Part shown: positions 1-14,100 of the stretch, in pieces
How the letters are laid out: each line of letters opens with the position of its first letter
Numbering within the stretch: the stretch's first letter is position 1
Assembly: GCA_963814325.1 (NCBI GenBank)
Contig: CAWFCK010000001.1
Span: 306,880 to 370,879 of the forward strand
DNA length: 64,000 nt
Direction of reading: 5' to 3'
DNA from: an uncultured Flavobacteriales bacterium
Lineage (GTDB): Bacteria > Bacteroidota > Bacteroidia > Flavobacteriales_F > PHOS-HE28
Position numbers and translations under genes: made by a program
Notes under the pieces: generated by a model
What the model was told of the DNA's origin: nothing
Database searches by the model: none
What the model saw: the letters and a program-made list of their open reading frames with translations, nothing else

Positions 1-3000
1 CCACTTTCACGGTCTGCCCGGTGGCATCGTACGACGACGTCCGCGCATCATTCGTGCTCAGTTCATCGACGGCACCATTGGGGGCACCGGTCTCGGACGA
101 GAACGAGTGGGCGCCAAGTGGTGAAGTGATCAGGGGCAGCGTTACCAGCACACTGTCGCCGCGCGCGATCGCGGGGCCGCTCCAGTTGTACGTCTGCACG
201 ATGTTACCGTCGATCCGCGAGATGATCTGCGCGCTGGTCAATGGGTTCTCACCGTAGTTCTTCAAGTACACCTGTGGGAAGAGCTTCTGGTCGCAAACGG
301 TCCCTTCAGGAGCGAGGATCGCGCTGATGCCCGCATCGTTGAAGCCCGGATGGCTCACCAACAGGCCGAAGCTGCCTTCAGCTGTTCCACCGGCGTTGTA
401 CACCAACAAGCGATAGTTGCTGTTGGGGGCCAGCGGTGGCAGGGTGATCGAACCGTTGCAGTTGCTCGCACAGAACACTTGCCTGAGCACCCACGCCGCT
501 GCATGCACCGCTGTAAATCGCCATGTTCATGTTCGGCGCCGTGTACTGGTCGGGGTCGGTGCTGTTCACACCGATGAAGACATCATATGAGGTGTTGGGT
601 CCCGTGGCGAAGTCGAACCACACGCCTTGCACCATGGCAGACCGCTGCACGTTGTGGGCGCATCGGCATAGGAGCACGCCTGTTGATACACGCTGGGCAG
701 GGTGCCATCACCAATGATCGATGTTCCCACCGGGACGCTGTTGGCGCAACGATCGTTGGCCTCCGTAAGCAGCGCAGTAAGGGTTGCAGAACACGCTCAG
801 CTGATAGGTGCCTTCCAGCGCACCTGCGCCATGCACCATCACTGTGTATGTCTGCCCGTTCACCGCGCGAAGGGTGACCTCGCTACCGCCACCGGGGCAA
901 CCCGCGGCGTCATCGTTCATCACATTGCAGGTAAGGGCGGTGCAGGCACCTTCGAACACCGACAAACGGGTGTCGAAGTTGGTCTGGCCGCACAGGCTGA
1001 AGGTCACATCCTCATCGGCTGCTGCCGTGTAGCTGAAGAAGTTCACACCACCTGTGGAAGCCGCTCCGTTGAAGGGGCAGGCACCGGCAGGGATGTTGTT
1101 CGAGCGTCCCACCGTGCGACCGAAGCGCAGGTCACCGCAGGCCAGGGCCACCGGTGTGCAGGCATTGTCGCTGATGTCGAGCTTCTGCACGCAGAGCGTG
1201 AAGGGACCGGCACCCGTGGCGAGCTGCATCACGCGCATGGTGTAGAAGTTGCCCGTGGTAAGACCGGTCACCAGGGTCGGTGCGCCGGAGGTAATGGCCG
1301 CGCTGCAGTAAACCTGGTTGATTGCGGAAACATCGCAGGCCGCACCATTGTAGATCACGAAGTGCAGGTTCGACGTGCCACCATTGGTGAGCGTTACGAA
1401 CGCATCGGGCGCCGTGGCCTGGAAGGTGTAGTAGGCATCGTTGAACACGCCGAAGGTGTTGAACACGCAGCTCGGGTTCGCACCCGCCGTATTCGTGGCG
1501 CAGCTCAGGTTGCCACCGAACGGAACACAGTTGGGATCCATGGTGATGGCCTGTGCGTTGATGCACAGATCGTTCGCCACCAACGGATTGCAGAGCGGGC
1601 CGCAGGATACGGTCATCTGGAACGTTCCGCTACTGGAGAAGTATCCTTCTACAACGATGTAGTAGGTATTGCCGGGCAGGGCGTTCCACGTGATCGAGCT
1701 CTGCACGCCGCACACGTCATCGGCACCCGCCACACCCACCGGGCTGGCGCAGCTGCCTTGGAAAATGTGGATGCGCGTGTCGAAGCTCGTGCCGGCACAA
1801 AGGCTGGCCGTTACTTGCTCTCCGGTAACCGTGGGTGTATACACATACCACACACCGTTGTCCACCGTTGCCTCTCCACCAGCTGCCTGGCTCGGCAGGT
1901 TCTCGGTGGTGGCGGCCACGTTGGAACCTGTGATCACATCGCCGCAGGCCACGGGGATCGCGTTCACGCAATCATCGTTCGCCGGCGGAGGTGCCAGCGT
2001 GGTGAAGAATACCGGACCGCGGTTGTTGCTGTATGCATCGCCTACGTTGTTGCAATCCTGGCGGACGTACACCTCGTAGGACGTGGTGGGGACCAATCCC
2101 GTGATCGCACCTGGGCTGGTGGCGAACGGACCGTACACCGTTCCGCCACCGGCGGTGTTCCCTGTGCCGGGAATGAAGCCCGGTGCACCCACTTCCACGA
2201 AGAACTGGCTACCCGTGCAGCTTGCGCAGGTCCAGTTGGCCGTGGCGGTGACACTGGTGACATCGCTCAGGAAGAGCGCCGTTGGCGTTGCGCAAGGGAG
2301 CGGACAGGTGATGTTGAAGGTCTGCGATACGCTCACTGTGCTCTCCTCATCCGCGAGGATGTAATAAGTACCTGCAGCCGGTATCGTGAAGTCCTGCGTT
2401 CCGGTTCCGAAGAAATCGCGGATGAAGGTCCAACCCGTCTGGTCGCACGTACCCGGAGCGGCTTTGAAGAAATAGTCGATGTAGGTGCCGAAACTCGCGG
2501 ACGTGACGTTCAGCGTATACGTTCCCGCATTGGGTGCAGTGAACAGCCAAAGCCTCTCCTGGCCCGGAGTGGAGTACGGACCACCACCTGCAGCTGCAGG
2601 GTTCCAGGCACCTGTACCCGCAAGGGTGATCGATGTGGGTGTGGCGCAAGCCAGCGTGGGCGAGGTAGCGCAATCGATGCCCGTGGTGAAGTTCGTGCCG
2701 GTGTTGCTGCTGAACACACCAGGCGAGCATTCCTGACGCACATGAACGGTGTAGGCCGTGCTTCCGCTCAATCCGCTGATGTTCACAGGACCCGCAACGA
2801 ACGGACCTCCGGGGACCAAGGTGCCGGTACCAGCCGCTGCGCCAGTGCCGGGTGTATAGCCCGTAGGACCGTATTCCACATAGAACACGCCCGTGCAGCT
2901 TGTGCAGGTCCAGTCCACCGAAGCGGTCGTACCCGTCACGCCGGATGTAGAGACCGTGGCAGGCTGAACACATGCCGGAGGTGTACAACTGGTCGTTCCT

Positions 3001-4853
3001 GAGTACATCAACGTACCGGGTACATTGGGCTGGCCGTTCGGCGATGTCCAGGCGTTACCGCAGTTGTCGTATCCGGGCTCGGCTTTGAAGGAGTAGACCA
3101 GTACGCCGAACGGGTCGTAAAGACGAAGACCATCTTCGGTATACGTATCGTTGCTGGTCCACACAAGGGAAATGGTGGATCCACTGCAGATGCTCACAGG
3201 CACGTCCACAGGACCGCAACCAGAAGACAGGTTAGCCGTGCCGAAGGTGCCCAAGGAAGCACCGTTCTGCAGGATCTGGAATGCACCGCCATTCCATCCA
3301 TCGCCGTATTGATCGGTGAAGCGCAGGATGTAATTGCAGGACGTACCAGCACAGGCCGTGGTGAAGTTCACCGGCGCTGCGTTAACGCTGTACAACGTTC
3401 CCGGAGTGCACTCCTGACGAACGTACACGCTGTACCCCGTCAGGGCCGTGAGGCCAGTGATGGTCACTGGGCTGGCCGCGATCGCACCGCCGGTCCAGAT
3501 GGTTCCACCTGCACCGGCTGTGCCGCCGGTACCGGGGGTGAAGCCCGTAGGACCATATTCCACGATATACTGACCCGTGCAACCTGCGCAGGTCCAACTG
3601 ACATCAGCGCTTGAGGTGGTCACATTGGAAACGGCCGGTGTGGGTTGTGTGCAGGCCACAGCGCAGGAGCCGGTGTACGAAACGTTCAGGTCAAGGCCGG
3701 TACCAACAACGCTACCATCGGAGGTGAACTGGACCGTGAGGGTTTGGCCTGCCGTTCCCGTGTAACTGATCGTACCGCTACCACCCACGTTCTGGGCAAG
3801 AATGGCACCACCGGTACCGGAACCGTCACGGATGTACAGGTGATCGCAGCAGCTTTCCAGACCGAAGGTTCCACTGATGCTGATCACCGCTCCTCCCAGT
3901 GCATTCAGCACGGTGTATCCGTTGGCGTTGTTGCTGTAACTGCCGGAACCTGCATGGTCCTGAAGAACCGTGTTCGTGCCGCAGGCCACGCTGTTGTTGC
4001 CCGAAAATGGAACAAGCGTGACCGGTGGAAGGCAGGATCCCGAGTAGGTCACTGCAAGGTCGAAGCCGGAAAATTCCACACTACCATCCGAGGTGAAACC
4101 CACAGTGAGCGTCTGGCCCGGGGCCCCCGTGTAGTTGATGGTGCTATTGCCGGATACCGGCCCGAAGACCACAGCACCACCTGTGCCAGATCCATTGTAT
4201 ATGGTGATGAAGTCGAAAGAGCTTTCCGTGTCATACGATCCCGCGATGTTGATCACTGCGCTGTTCGCGGCGTTCAGTACGGTGTAGCCATTGGCATTGG
4301 TAGCATAGTTGCTCGTACCAGCATGATCCTGCAGGGTGACGTTGCTGCCGCAGGTCACACTATTGTTTCCACTGAAGGGGACCAGCGTAACGGTGGGTCC
4401 AGCGGAACAGGTGGTGGAGTATGACATCGTGGTCGCTGAGGTAAGCGCCGAGCACGAATAGTTCGTGAGCAGGATCGACCGCGTAGTGGTGACCGTTTCC
4501 GTGTAGGTGATGGTGGAGGCCGCTCCATTACAATCGTCATCACTGGACGCGAGCACCGCTCCTCCGGTAGCCGTATCGTACAGCCGGAGATAGGTGTCAT
4601 TAAAGGCCGTACACGTATTGAAGTTGTATGTACAACCGGCCGTGGTATTGAACGACCAATAGACAAAGGAGCCACTCTCTCCAACCACGGTCTGTACCGG
4701 TATGGTCGGGGTCAGCGTTCCCATATCGGTAGCCGCACTGCAGAATTGTGCGTTCGAGGTGTTGCTCAGGAATAATCCTGAGACCAGCGCCATGAGCATT
4801 AGCCACCAAGGCGTTCGCCGAAGCGTGCCCGGCGAAGAGTTAAGTCCATTCAT
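1..4853 (-). CDS. Giant secreted multidomain surface protein (CUB-like, Cys-containing FN3-like and Cys-bounded PPC-like modules). The 3' end lies beyond the window start. Frameshifted as assembled.
   Basis: ORF 708..4853 (1381 aa) starts with the signal peptide MNGLNSSPGTLRRTPWWLMLMALVSGLFLSNTSNAQ. It has two CUB-like modules (FDFITIYNGSGTGG, DHLYIRDGSGTGG) and three FN3-like modules (SWTCxxCTGxYxVEYGPTGFTPGTG...YVRQxC). It also has repeated modules of the form DDxCxxAxxV...WYxYTP...FDTRxxxFxGxC. Below 708 the protein continues in other frames (ORF 378..677, plus an unlisted frame reading ...NYRLLVYNAGGTAEGSFGLLVSHPGFNDAGISA...SSYDATGQTVKV to nt 1). This tail is collinear with residues of the neighbouring gene 5151..7826. 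Confidence 0.8.
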
Positions 4854-5088
4854 GTTGTAGGGCGTTAGGTTGGGTTAGGTGTTCACTACATGAGTTGGTG
4901 GCTAAGCGGGCCATCTCCGTTGGTAAGTTCCACTTGGGCATTAAGCCCCACGGAACTGCTGGCACTGATGTGATTCTGCGGATGAGCGTGTGGAGCGTTG
5001 GTTTGGTCGGGTGGGGGTTGATGTTGGTCGACAGTTCGGTTCGGTGGAGTAATGTACAGGGTTGGAACCGAAGATCACGTGATCTGAG

Positions 5089-5126
5089 AAAAAAAAAGCG
5101 CCCCGCCGATCAGGCGGGGCGCTTTT
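5089..5126 (-). terminator. Rho-independent terminator downstream of the 5151..15689 gene
   Basis: Read on the minus strand: a 10-bp GC stem (GCGCCCCGCC / GGCGGGGCGC, 5098..5107 and 5113..5122) with a 5-nt loop, followed by a run of 9 T (plus-strand A run 5089..5097). It lies 25 nt after the stop codon at 5151. Confidence 0.75.
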
Positions 5127-5150
5127 ACAGAGCTCTATCCGGGCGGTCGC

Positions 5151-8100
5151 TTAGCGCACCACGGTGAGGCGTTGGGTGAACTGCTTGTCGTTCACCGTGA
5201 TGTTCACGGTGTACACACCAGCAGCGATGCTTGCATCGAGGTTGAGCACGGTGCTGAAGACAGCGCCGCCGTTCTCATACTCGTTGGTCATCACGCGCTT
5301 GCCGTACACATCGTACATGTCCACCGTGATCCGCTGCGTTGCATCAACGAGCTCGTTGATCTGCAGGTTCACACGACCGTCACGCACAGGGTTCGGCCAC
5401 AGTTGCACATCGCTTTCCACCACGGTCTCCGGTGTGCGACCCGCGTTGTCGCCGTTCATGCCGGGGTTCAGGATGGTCACGGTGCAGGCAGCTCCGCAGT
5501 ATCCGGTCCAGGTCGTGCCCACCAGCGCATTCACCGTTACCGTGTAGGTGCTGCCGTTCACCAGCGGGTTGGTCACCCAGCTGAGCAGGCATACATACGT
5601 GGGGCGTTGGATCTCTCGCATATAACCTTCTCCCACGTTCACAAAGCGGAAGCGGTAGGCCGTTGCAGCGTACAGGGGTTGTGCCCAGATCTTGTCACTT
5701 CCACCAAAGGCCTTGGTCACGCCGCAGCTATGTGTGGGCAGGGACGGGTTATTGATGAGCGTGGGGCAACCGATGGAGGCCGCGTCGATGGACATTTCGC
5801 AACCAGCTCCGAAGTTGTCGTCAGAGAATCCGGCAGTATTCTGGTCAACACGGGCACGTGCGAAGTACACGGTACCTGGTGTCAGCGGGTTGGTCACCAT
5901 TTCGGAGAACTGCACCCAAGGGCGGGGCAGTGCGATACGACGGCGGAAACCGGCGTTGGGATCGCTGAACTCGAACTGGTACGTGGTCACACCCGGTACA
6001 GCAGCGGTGTACACCTTGCTCTGCATCGTGTTGGTGAACACGTTGCACTCGCTGGGCAGGATCGGAGAAGGCCCGAGCGGCAGGCAGAACTCGTGTGCGA
6101 AATAGGACGGGTTCACTGGCGTCAGGGAAGGTGACTGACCGGTGAAGGTGCCGTTATCATGCAACACGACACGGCCGGTTTCATCCCGTAGCTCCCAGGT
6201 TCCAGTGCTCATTCCATTGGCATCCTGCACAAAGAAGTAGAAGCAGTTGCCGAAGGTGGTGGGCAGGCACACGCTGGTGTTGATCGTCACGTTGTTCTGG
6301 CCGGTATAAGGTCCACCGGACCCTACAGGGAAGAAGAAGGCATCGAACAATTGCCAGGAGGTTTCGCCACCATTGCCGTCCGTAGTGATGGACACCACCA
6401 CGGTCTGACCCGTCGCATCGTAGGATACGGTGGTGTCGTCGTTGGCGGGGATCTCATCCGTTGCACCGTTCGGGTTCGAGGTGCTCACCGTCATGGTGTG
6501 CGGGCCACTGGTGGTGGTAATGGAGTTCAGCGTAAGCGTCACGCTGGCACCCGAGGCCAATGAACCTGTCCACGGCTGCACATAGCTGTTGCCACCGGCA
6601 ATGCTCACGTTGATGTCCACCGAGGTCAAGGTGGCTTCACCATTGTTGGTGAGCACCACCACGGGCTGAAGCACCAGGTTGCACAACACGCCCACGGGGT
6701 AGGTCACCGCCGAGATGCTGGCGTCGTTCACACCGGGGTGATCCAACACCAGGCCATAGCTACCGCGCTGCGACGTACTTCCGTCGTTGTAAACGAACAG
6801 CTTGTAATTGTCGCCGGGCGTAAGCGCAGGCAGTGCGTTCGCTCCGTTCGCGTTCTGCGTGCAAGCCATCTGGCCAGTGGCCAGCAGGTTCGCGCATGTG
6901 CCGCTGAACAGGGCGTAGTTCACCGTGGTAGCAGAGAACTGCGGATCCAAGGCGTTGTTCCACAGGTACAGGTTGTGCACGGCGTTCGCGCCGGCATTGA
7001 AGCTGTACCAGTTACCGATGGCCGGAGCCGCGCCGGAGCAGGTAGGAGGACCATCCACGAGCGAACAGCTGTTCGCATCGGTCATGATCACCTGGCTGCC
7101 ATCGGCCAGCTGGCTGGTAATGGCCATTGGTGTTCCGCAGGCATCGTTGTCGTTCGGATCCACCGAGCAGATCGTCGAGCAGAATGCGCTCAGCTGGAAC
7201 ACACCATCATTGGCGGCATTGCCGTGCACAGCGATGTAATACGTCTCGCCGTTCAGTGCGCGGAAGGTGACCTCCGTGCTGCCGTTGGGGCAACCGGGAC
7301 CATCATCAACAGCGCCTACGCAGGTGAGGTTCGTGCAAATACCGGAGAACACAGAGATGCGGGTGTTCATGCCACCTCCGCAGGTGCTCATGGTCACATC
7401 CTGATCAGCCACGGCGTTATACACCCACCAGCTTACACCGCTGGTGCTGGGGCCACCATTGTAGTCGCACTGGGCCAAGGGAGGCAGGGTGTTGGTTCCG
7501 CCGAGTGTGAAACCGGTCTTTGTCTCGCTGCAGGCAATGGTGCCCGCGGTGGAACATGTGAACTGCGGCGTTACGCACGCCACGGTTGCGCTCCAACCGG
7601 CCTGGTTCACCGAACCATCGCTGATGTGCACGAAGGTGAGGCAACCGCTGGGGTCAGTGGAGATCACCGTGCCGGGAATACCGGTGTTGTTCGGTGCCAC
7701 CGTTCCCCACCAACCACCCGCACCGAAGTTCGGGGTGGTCGTAGGCGTACCATTGGGGCTGGCGATCTGCGGCGATGCCTGAGTTGGTCCATTGTAGACG
7801 TACAACGGATCCCATCCGGATTCCACTTGGAAGGAGGTGAACTCACGATCACGCGGTCACCGGCGTTGTTCGGGCAGATCGTATTGAGGCCCGCTGTGCC
7901 GTTGATGTTGTTCGGGTAAATACCAGCAGGTCCACCCAGATCGTAGTAGTTACCACCGCAACCGGGCAGGGTAGTGAAGTTCGCGGGACCATAGCTGTTG
8001 TTGCTGAAGGTGGTGTTGCCACCGTCGCAATCCTGGCGCACATAGGCAATGATGTTCTGACCGGCGGGCAGGCCCGTGAGGGTCACTGGCGAAGCAGCTG

Positions 8101-11100
8101 CTGCGATCGCCGTGCCACCGAAGCCAGCCGTTGCTCCTGTACCTGGCGTGAAGCCGGCAAGGCCCCACTCCACGATGTAAGGACCAACACAGCCGCTGCA
8201 CGTCCAGGCGATCTGGGCGCTGCTTGCTGTAATGCTGCTGGCCGTAACGCCAGTGGGAACCGTGCATGCGGTCGGAGGTGCGCAGGCGATGCTGGCATCC
8301 CAACCTGGTGCGGTCACCGAGGGGTCGCTGGTGAAGGCGAAGGTGAGGCAACCCGTGGGGTGGGTGGAAACGAACGCCGTACCGGGCGCGATCTGTGTTC
8401 CCCACCATCCGCCGGTGCCGTACACGTTGTTGCCCGAAGGCACACCGTTGGTGCTGGCGAACTGTGGCGAGGCAATGCTGGGGCCGTCGTAGATGTACAA
8501 GGAATCCCAACCGCTTTCGGTGCTGAACGAGTTGAAGCTCGCGATCACCACTTCGCCAGGGTTGGCGCCACAGAAGGTGCGGACAACGTTGGAGTTGTTG
8601 AGGTAGACTCCGCGCTGCTCCGCCGTTGTCATAGAAGTTCTGGCCGCACAATACTTCCGGTGTGGTCAGGTTCACAGGTCCAACGTTGGTGCTGTAATCA
8701 ACCGACGGCGTGCACTCCTGACGCACGTAGAAACTGTACGTGGAGTTGCTGGCCAATGGGCCGATCGCCACAGGGGAAGAATTGCTCGTTACGATCGTTC
8801 CACCGGTCCCAGGCAGGCCTGCAGTACCCGGCGTGAAGCCGCTCAAGCCGTACTCCACGATGTAGGTACCCACGCAACCGGCACAGGTAAAGCTCACGCT
8901 TGCTGTGGTCACAGAGGTGCTGGCAACAGTAAGGCCAGAGACTGGAGGACAGCTGGGCACGTTGAAGGTGTTGATCGTGCACGTTGGGGCGGGCGGTACG
9001 CAGTTGGTCGGTTCAACCCTCCAGTAGTACTGGCCAGGTGCAAGCGGACCGGCCACGAACGACGTGGTGGTGGATGTACCTACCAGGGTGGTTGGCGTTA
9101 CGCTGTTGTCCAAGTAGATGTTGTAGCTGGACGCTCCCACAGCACCGGTGAAGGTGAGGGTGGGCGAGAAGGCCACGTTGATCTCATTGTTCAAAGGCGT
9201 GAAGGCCGTGGGACAGGTGGGTGCAAGAGCATACGTGGTGAACGAGTTCACACCGCAAGTAACATTCGCACCCACACAGTTCACGGGCTCAACGCGCCAG
9301 TAGTAAACGGTGTTGCAGGCCATGACGAAGGGAACAGCGATCGATGTGGTGAGGCTGTTGCCCAACAGTGTTCCGCCGGTTCCGTTCGTTACATCGGACA
9401 GGTTCGTACCGAGGTACACGTTGTACGATGCGATCACGCCGGTTGCACCGCTCCAGCTCAGCGTTACACCACTGTAGTTCACACCGGTTGCTGCATTCGC
9501 AGGTGTGAAGGTCGTGGCGCACGTAGCTGTCTGGTTCAGTGAGGTGAAGGTGTTCGTCGAGCAGGTGGTGTTTATGCCGAAGCAGTTGATCGGCGCCACA
9601 CGCCAGAAGTACTGGGTGTTACACACCAACACAGGTGTCGTGGCCGTGGTGCCCGTCCCCGCGGCCAGGAACGTTCCGCCCGTGCCGTTCTGCACGTCGG
9701 TCTGGTTGGTGCCGAAGTACACTTCATACCCCAGTGTGCCAGGGCCGGCCGTCAGCCAGCTCAGCGTGGTGGCCACCAATGGCAGGTTGCTGGCCAGGTT
9801 GGCCGGGCTGCTGATGGATACGCAGGGAGGAGGCGTGCTCGTGGTGGTGAAGGTGTTCACCACACAGCCGGTATTCGTACCCACGCAGTTGGTGGGTTCT
9901 ACGCGCCAGTAGTACTGCGTGTTGCAGGTAAGTGCAGGCGTGGTAGCGCTGAGGCCTGTGGTGGTCGTCAACACCGTGGTCGGCACGGGGTTCGTGTCGA
10001 AGTACACCGTGTAGGACGAACCAGCTCCGATGCTGTTCCAGGTCAGGGTCTGCGCCGTGAGGCCAACGTCGGTCGTGCCCGTAACTGGTGAGTACACCGT
10101 TGGGCACGTGACCGAGGTAGGCGTGGTGAATGCCAGGACGGTCGAGCAGGTGCTGTTCAATCCGAGCGCGTTGCGCGGACGTACCATCCAGTAGTAGGTG
10201 GTCTGGCAGGCGAGCGGTCCGGTCACATAGCTGGTACCCGGTTGGTCAGTGCTCACCACGGTCGTGGGTGGGTTGTTCGTGTCGAAGTACACATCATAAC
10301 CCGTGGCCGCGTTCGGAGTGGAAGCATTCCATGTGAGCGTGGTGCCCAACAAGTCGGGCAAGCTCGCGTTGTTGGACGGGGGCCGTCTGTACTGGGCAGC
10401 TCGCACCGCCTTCGTCGACGCAGATCGTGAACAGGCCGGTGGCGGCACCGGTTCCGTTGTGGTAGATGCGCACGAAGTAAGGCGTGCTGGGCGTGAGGCC
10501 CGTGGTGGCCACGGTCTCCGTACCACCGACGCCTGTGGCGTTCTGGCAGTAGAGGCTGGTGAGCGTACCGCAGGTACCGCTGAACACCTGCACCACCGCA
10601 TCGTACAGCACGTCGCCCACCACCGTAATGGTCGGGTTCGTTACTGAAGGGGTGAACGTGTACCACACATCGTCATCCGGTGTACCCACACAGGCCGGGA
10701 TTGCAGCCGATGGGGTACCACCGTTGCTGTTGCCGTTGGTCGGTGCGCAACCCACTTGCGGGGTGATCGTGAACGCACCGGAGCAATCGTCGTTCGGCAG
10801 CGGGTGCGAAGAGCACCAAGGCGAATTCGCCGATGTGCGCCCAGTTCGGTTTTTCGATCGTGACCGTGGGGGCGCTGGTGTAGCCGTAGCCACCCGTCTG
10901 CAGGGTCATGCTGGTGATCACACCGGCGGTCATGTTGGCCGTGGCAGCAGCATCAGTTCCGCCGCCGCCGGTGATCAGCACACGCGGACCGGTAATACCA
11001 CCGCTGGTGGTGAGCGAGTAGCCCGATCCACCGTTGATCAGGTTGAAGCTGATCACGTTGCCACTGGCATTCAAGTTGGCTGTGACCTGGGCCTGTGCTC

Positions 11101-14100
11101 CACCACCTTCGTGGTACACACGGATGTAGTAATCATTGCTGGGGGTGAGGCCCGTGAGGACTGCATCCACCACTCCACCATCACCAGCGGACACCACGCA
11201 GACGGCGGGGGCCAGGGGCGTGGCAGCAGGGGCGTTCAGCACCTCAACGCGAGGCTTGTAACCACCCGATCCGTAGACACGCGCTGTATAGATCGGCTGC
11301 GAGGCCGTGAAACGGAACCACACATCATCATCTGCATTGCCGCTGCACACGGTCTGTGCCGAAGGCGTTGCAAAACGGGATGAGTAGAAGTTGCCGCAGA
11401 GGTTACTGGGGAAGCTGGGCTGAGGCGTGAGCACGGTGGCCGTGGCAGCTTCGTTATTCACCGGTGCGGTTTCAGCAGGAGGCGTGAAGCCGGCGTAGGC
11501 GCCCGGCGTAAGCTTGATGCTGGAATTGCACTCAGGCATGCTGCTCAAGGCGTTCGCGCCCTGGCTGGCCAGCACCATTCCCGCATTGGAGAAGGCGGTG
11601 GTGTTCTCGTACTGCATGGTGAACACCTGACCGGGCAGCGGGTTGCCGTTGATCACGCTGGCACCAATACCCGTGGTGTAGGTGTAGCGGTGGTTGTTCG
11701 TTCCGTTGAATCCTTGGAACAGACCGTAGTTGAACTTGATGCTGTTGTCCGATTCGTCCAATACCACCTGGAAGGTAAGCGAGGGTCCCGCGGCACCGAA
11801 AACGGTGTAGTTGTTCCATTCCACCACGATCTGGCGTGAACCCGGGGTGCCACCGATGATCTGGTAGCGCGAACGGGCGTTCACCGTGGCATTCGTGAAG
11901 TCATGGGGGTTGGTGGTCAGGTCATCCCAGAACGGGGCTACGATCAAGGGGATCGACGCATTGATCACGTTCGAGAAGGTGGTAAGGGTCGTGCTGGGGC
12001 TGGAGGCCGTGATCAGCTTGATCCAACCGTTGGTGCACATATTGAAGCCCGTGACCGTTTGCCCGAGGTACTGGAACGTGGAGGCCGGAATGCTCACTGC
12101 CGGTGAGGTCTGGTCGTCCGTGCTCGTCCCGGTGAAGCCGACGCTTGAACCCGTGTTCAGGATGGAATTGAACGTATTGCCGGTGGTGCGTGCAACCGTG
12201 TAGTTCAAGTTGACAGGCACGTATGTAGAACTCCAGGCGAAGTAGTCATCACCCGAAATGGTGATGGGGCCTGGTGCACCGATCGCCGTCGTACGGCTGC
12301 CTGTGGCCGGAAGGCCGCCGGTGCCGCTCGTCAAGCTGCGCACGGTCCAAGGACCGGTCAGTGCGGTGCTCTGCGCAACGAACAGGCTCTGCTGGTCGCT
12401 GTTGAGCAGGTCGTTCACGTTCCAGTTCAGCGTGGCCGTCGGGTTGTTGCCGAAGGTCGTACCTCCGGGCAACTGCAAGCGATAGGAACGCGTGCCTGTG
12501 ATACCCACGCTTCCGCTCGGTGCACCCACCTGGGTGGCCGAGAAGGTCGTGGCCGTGTTACCGGCGAAGGGCACGGCGTTGTTCGTGGTCCCCGTGTTCA
12601 CGGCGAAAGCCGCTTGGAACGGGAAGGTGCGCGTGAGCGGGCCACCGATGTTGGTGAGGGTGATCCTGCCGAGCACGCTGGCGGTGGTGGATCCCGCCTG
12701 ACCTGCGTAGTTCGGGTTGGAGAAGACCAGCGTGTTCGCGCCTGTGTTGAGGATGCCCGCTGTCAGGGTGATCGGAGCAGCTGCGTACAGTTCCAAGTTA
12801 CCCGCAGAGAGGGTGAAGCCTTGGTTGCCTGCACCCATGGTCAGCGCGTTGATGCGACGGTTCGAGGGCATCAAGGGACCCAGGTTGGCCTCCGTGTGCG
12901 GGGCGTTCACCGTGACCGGTGTTACACCGTTGATCGCACTCGCCGTGAAGTTGGACATGTTCAAGTTGAACAATCCAATGCGAGCAGTAGGTGTTACAGC
13001 CGCCACCTGGGGAGCAACGACCGTGCTGAGCGCCATCGTCGGTGCTGCAGCATAACCGAAGCCAGGTGTGGTGACCGTGTAGTTGTTCAACTGCCCGACC
13101 CCGTTGAGGTTGGCCGTCACCTGCGCCCAGCAACCGGCCGGGATGGTGAGGACCAGACCTGCGCCACCACCACCGGTGATGGTGAAGCCCGTGGGAGGAA
13201 CCGAATACAGGGCCGAGGTCGTAAGGTAGCAGCTCACCACCTGGCCTGCGGCCACCGTGGTCGTAAAGACGTTCGTACCTGAAATGATCGTTCCACCCGT
13301 GAAGGTCACCGTGGGAACGCTGGTGTACCCAGTGCCCGCTGAAGTAACGAAGTTCACCAGCGAAGGACCACCGATGCCGACCGTGGGAGGGGCCGTGTAA
13401 TAACCGTAGCTGCCCGAGGCACCTACGCCACCCACGCCCTGACCATTGTTGATCGGCAAGGCGCCGGATACCGTGGCCGTGGCCTGCTTCTGGCCAAGGG
13501 TGTTCGCCGCACCGATCGCGATCGGCACGACCACACTAACGGCCGTCGGGTTCGTTCCCGAAGCAGTAGCAAAACCAATAGCGGGCGAGGCAAAGAGGCC
13601 CGATCCCGCGTTCGTGATGTTCAAGCTGCGTACAACCTGGTTGGTTGCGTCATAGTTCAAACTGACCGATGCTGCAGTGCCGGCATAGGCTAAGTGTGGC
13701 CGCACCGCTCGCAGCCGTGCCGGAGAGATGCGTCGGGGGAGCAGCGTCGGCCGCGAGGCCTCCAACCGTTACAGTGTAGAGGTTCGTACCGTACCAGATC
13801 TGTGCGCCCGCGGTAAGCGCGGTTGTTACCTGGAAGCCCGTGCCGATAACGCCGGTGGGGCCGAGCCAGAGAAGCTGCGCCGTGCCATCAGGAGCAATAC
13901 CGGTGGTATGTACGGGCGGGTTCGTCGCATCCGTGGTACCGGCCGTTGTTACAAGGTAGACGTTACCACCGGAAATGAGCTTGGCGTTCAGAATAACCGC
14001 CGTGTTCGCCACCCAAAGACCGGTGGTGCCTGCGGGCCAGGTACCCGTTACTTGAGGCGCAGCCGGGAGCAGTGAACCCATGGCGGTCACCACGGCTTCC

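Noticed and set aside
702-3002. Long plus-strand ORF (766 aa) and many other long ORFs antisense to recognised genes (for example 18844..20334 +, 31443..32816 -, 37685..39250 -, 25648..26649 -)
   Set aside because: They are typical high-GC antisense open frames. Their composition is Arg/Ala/Gly/His-rich and low-complexity, with no recognisable motifs. The opposite strand encodes clearly conserved proteins (adhesin modules, DnaK, ABC ATPase, a membrane protein). The 25648..26649 frame is a mixture of out-of-frame priA segments.
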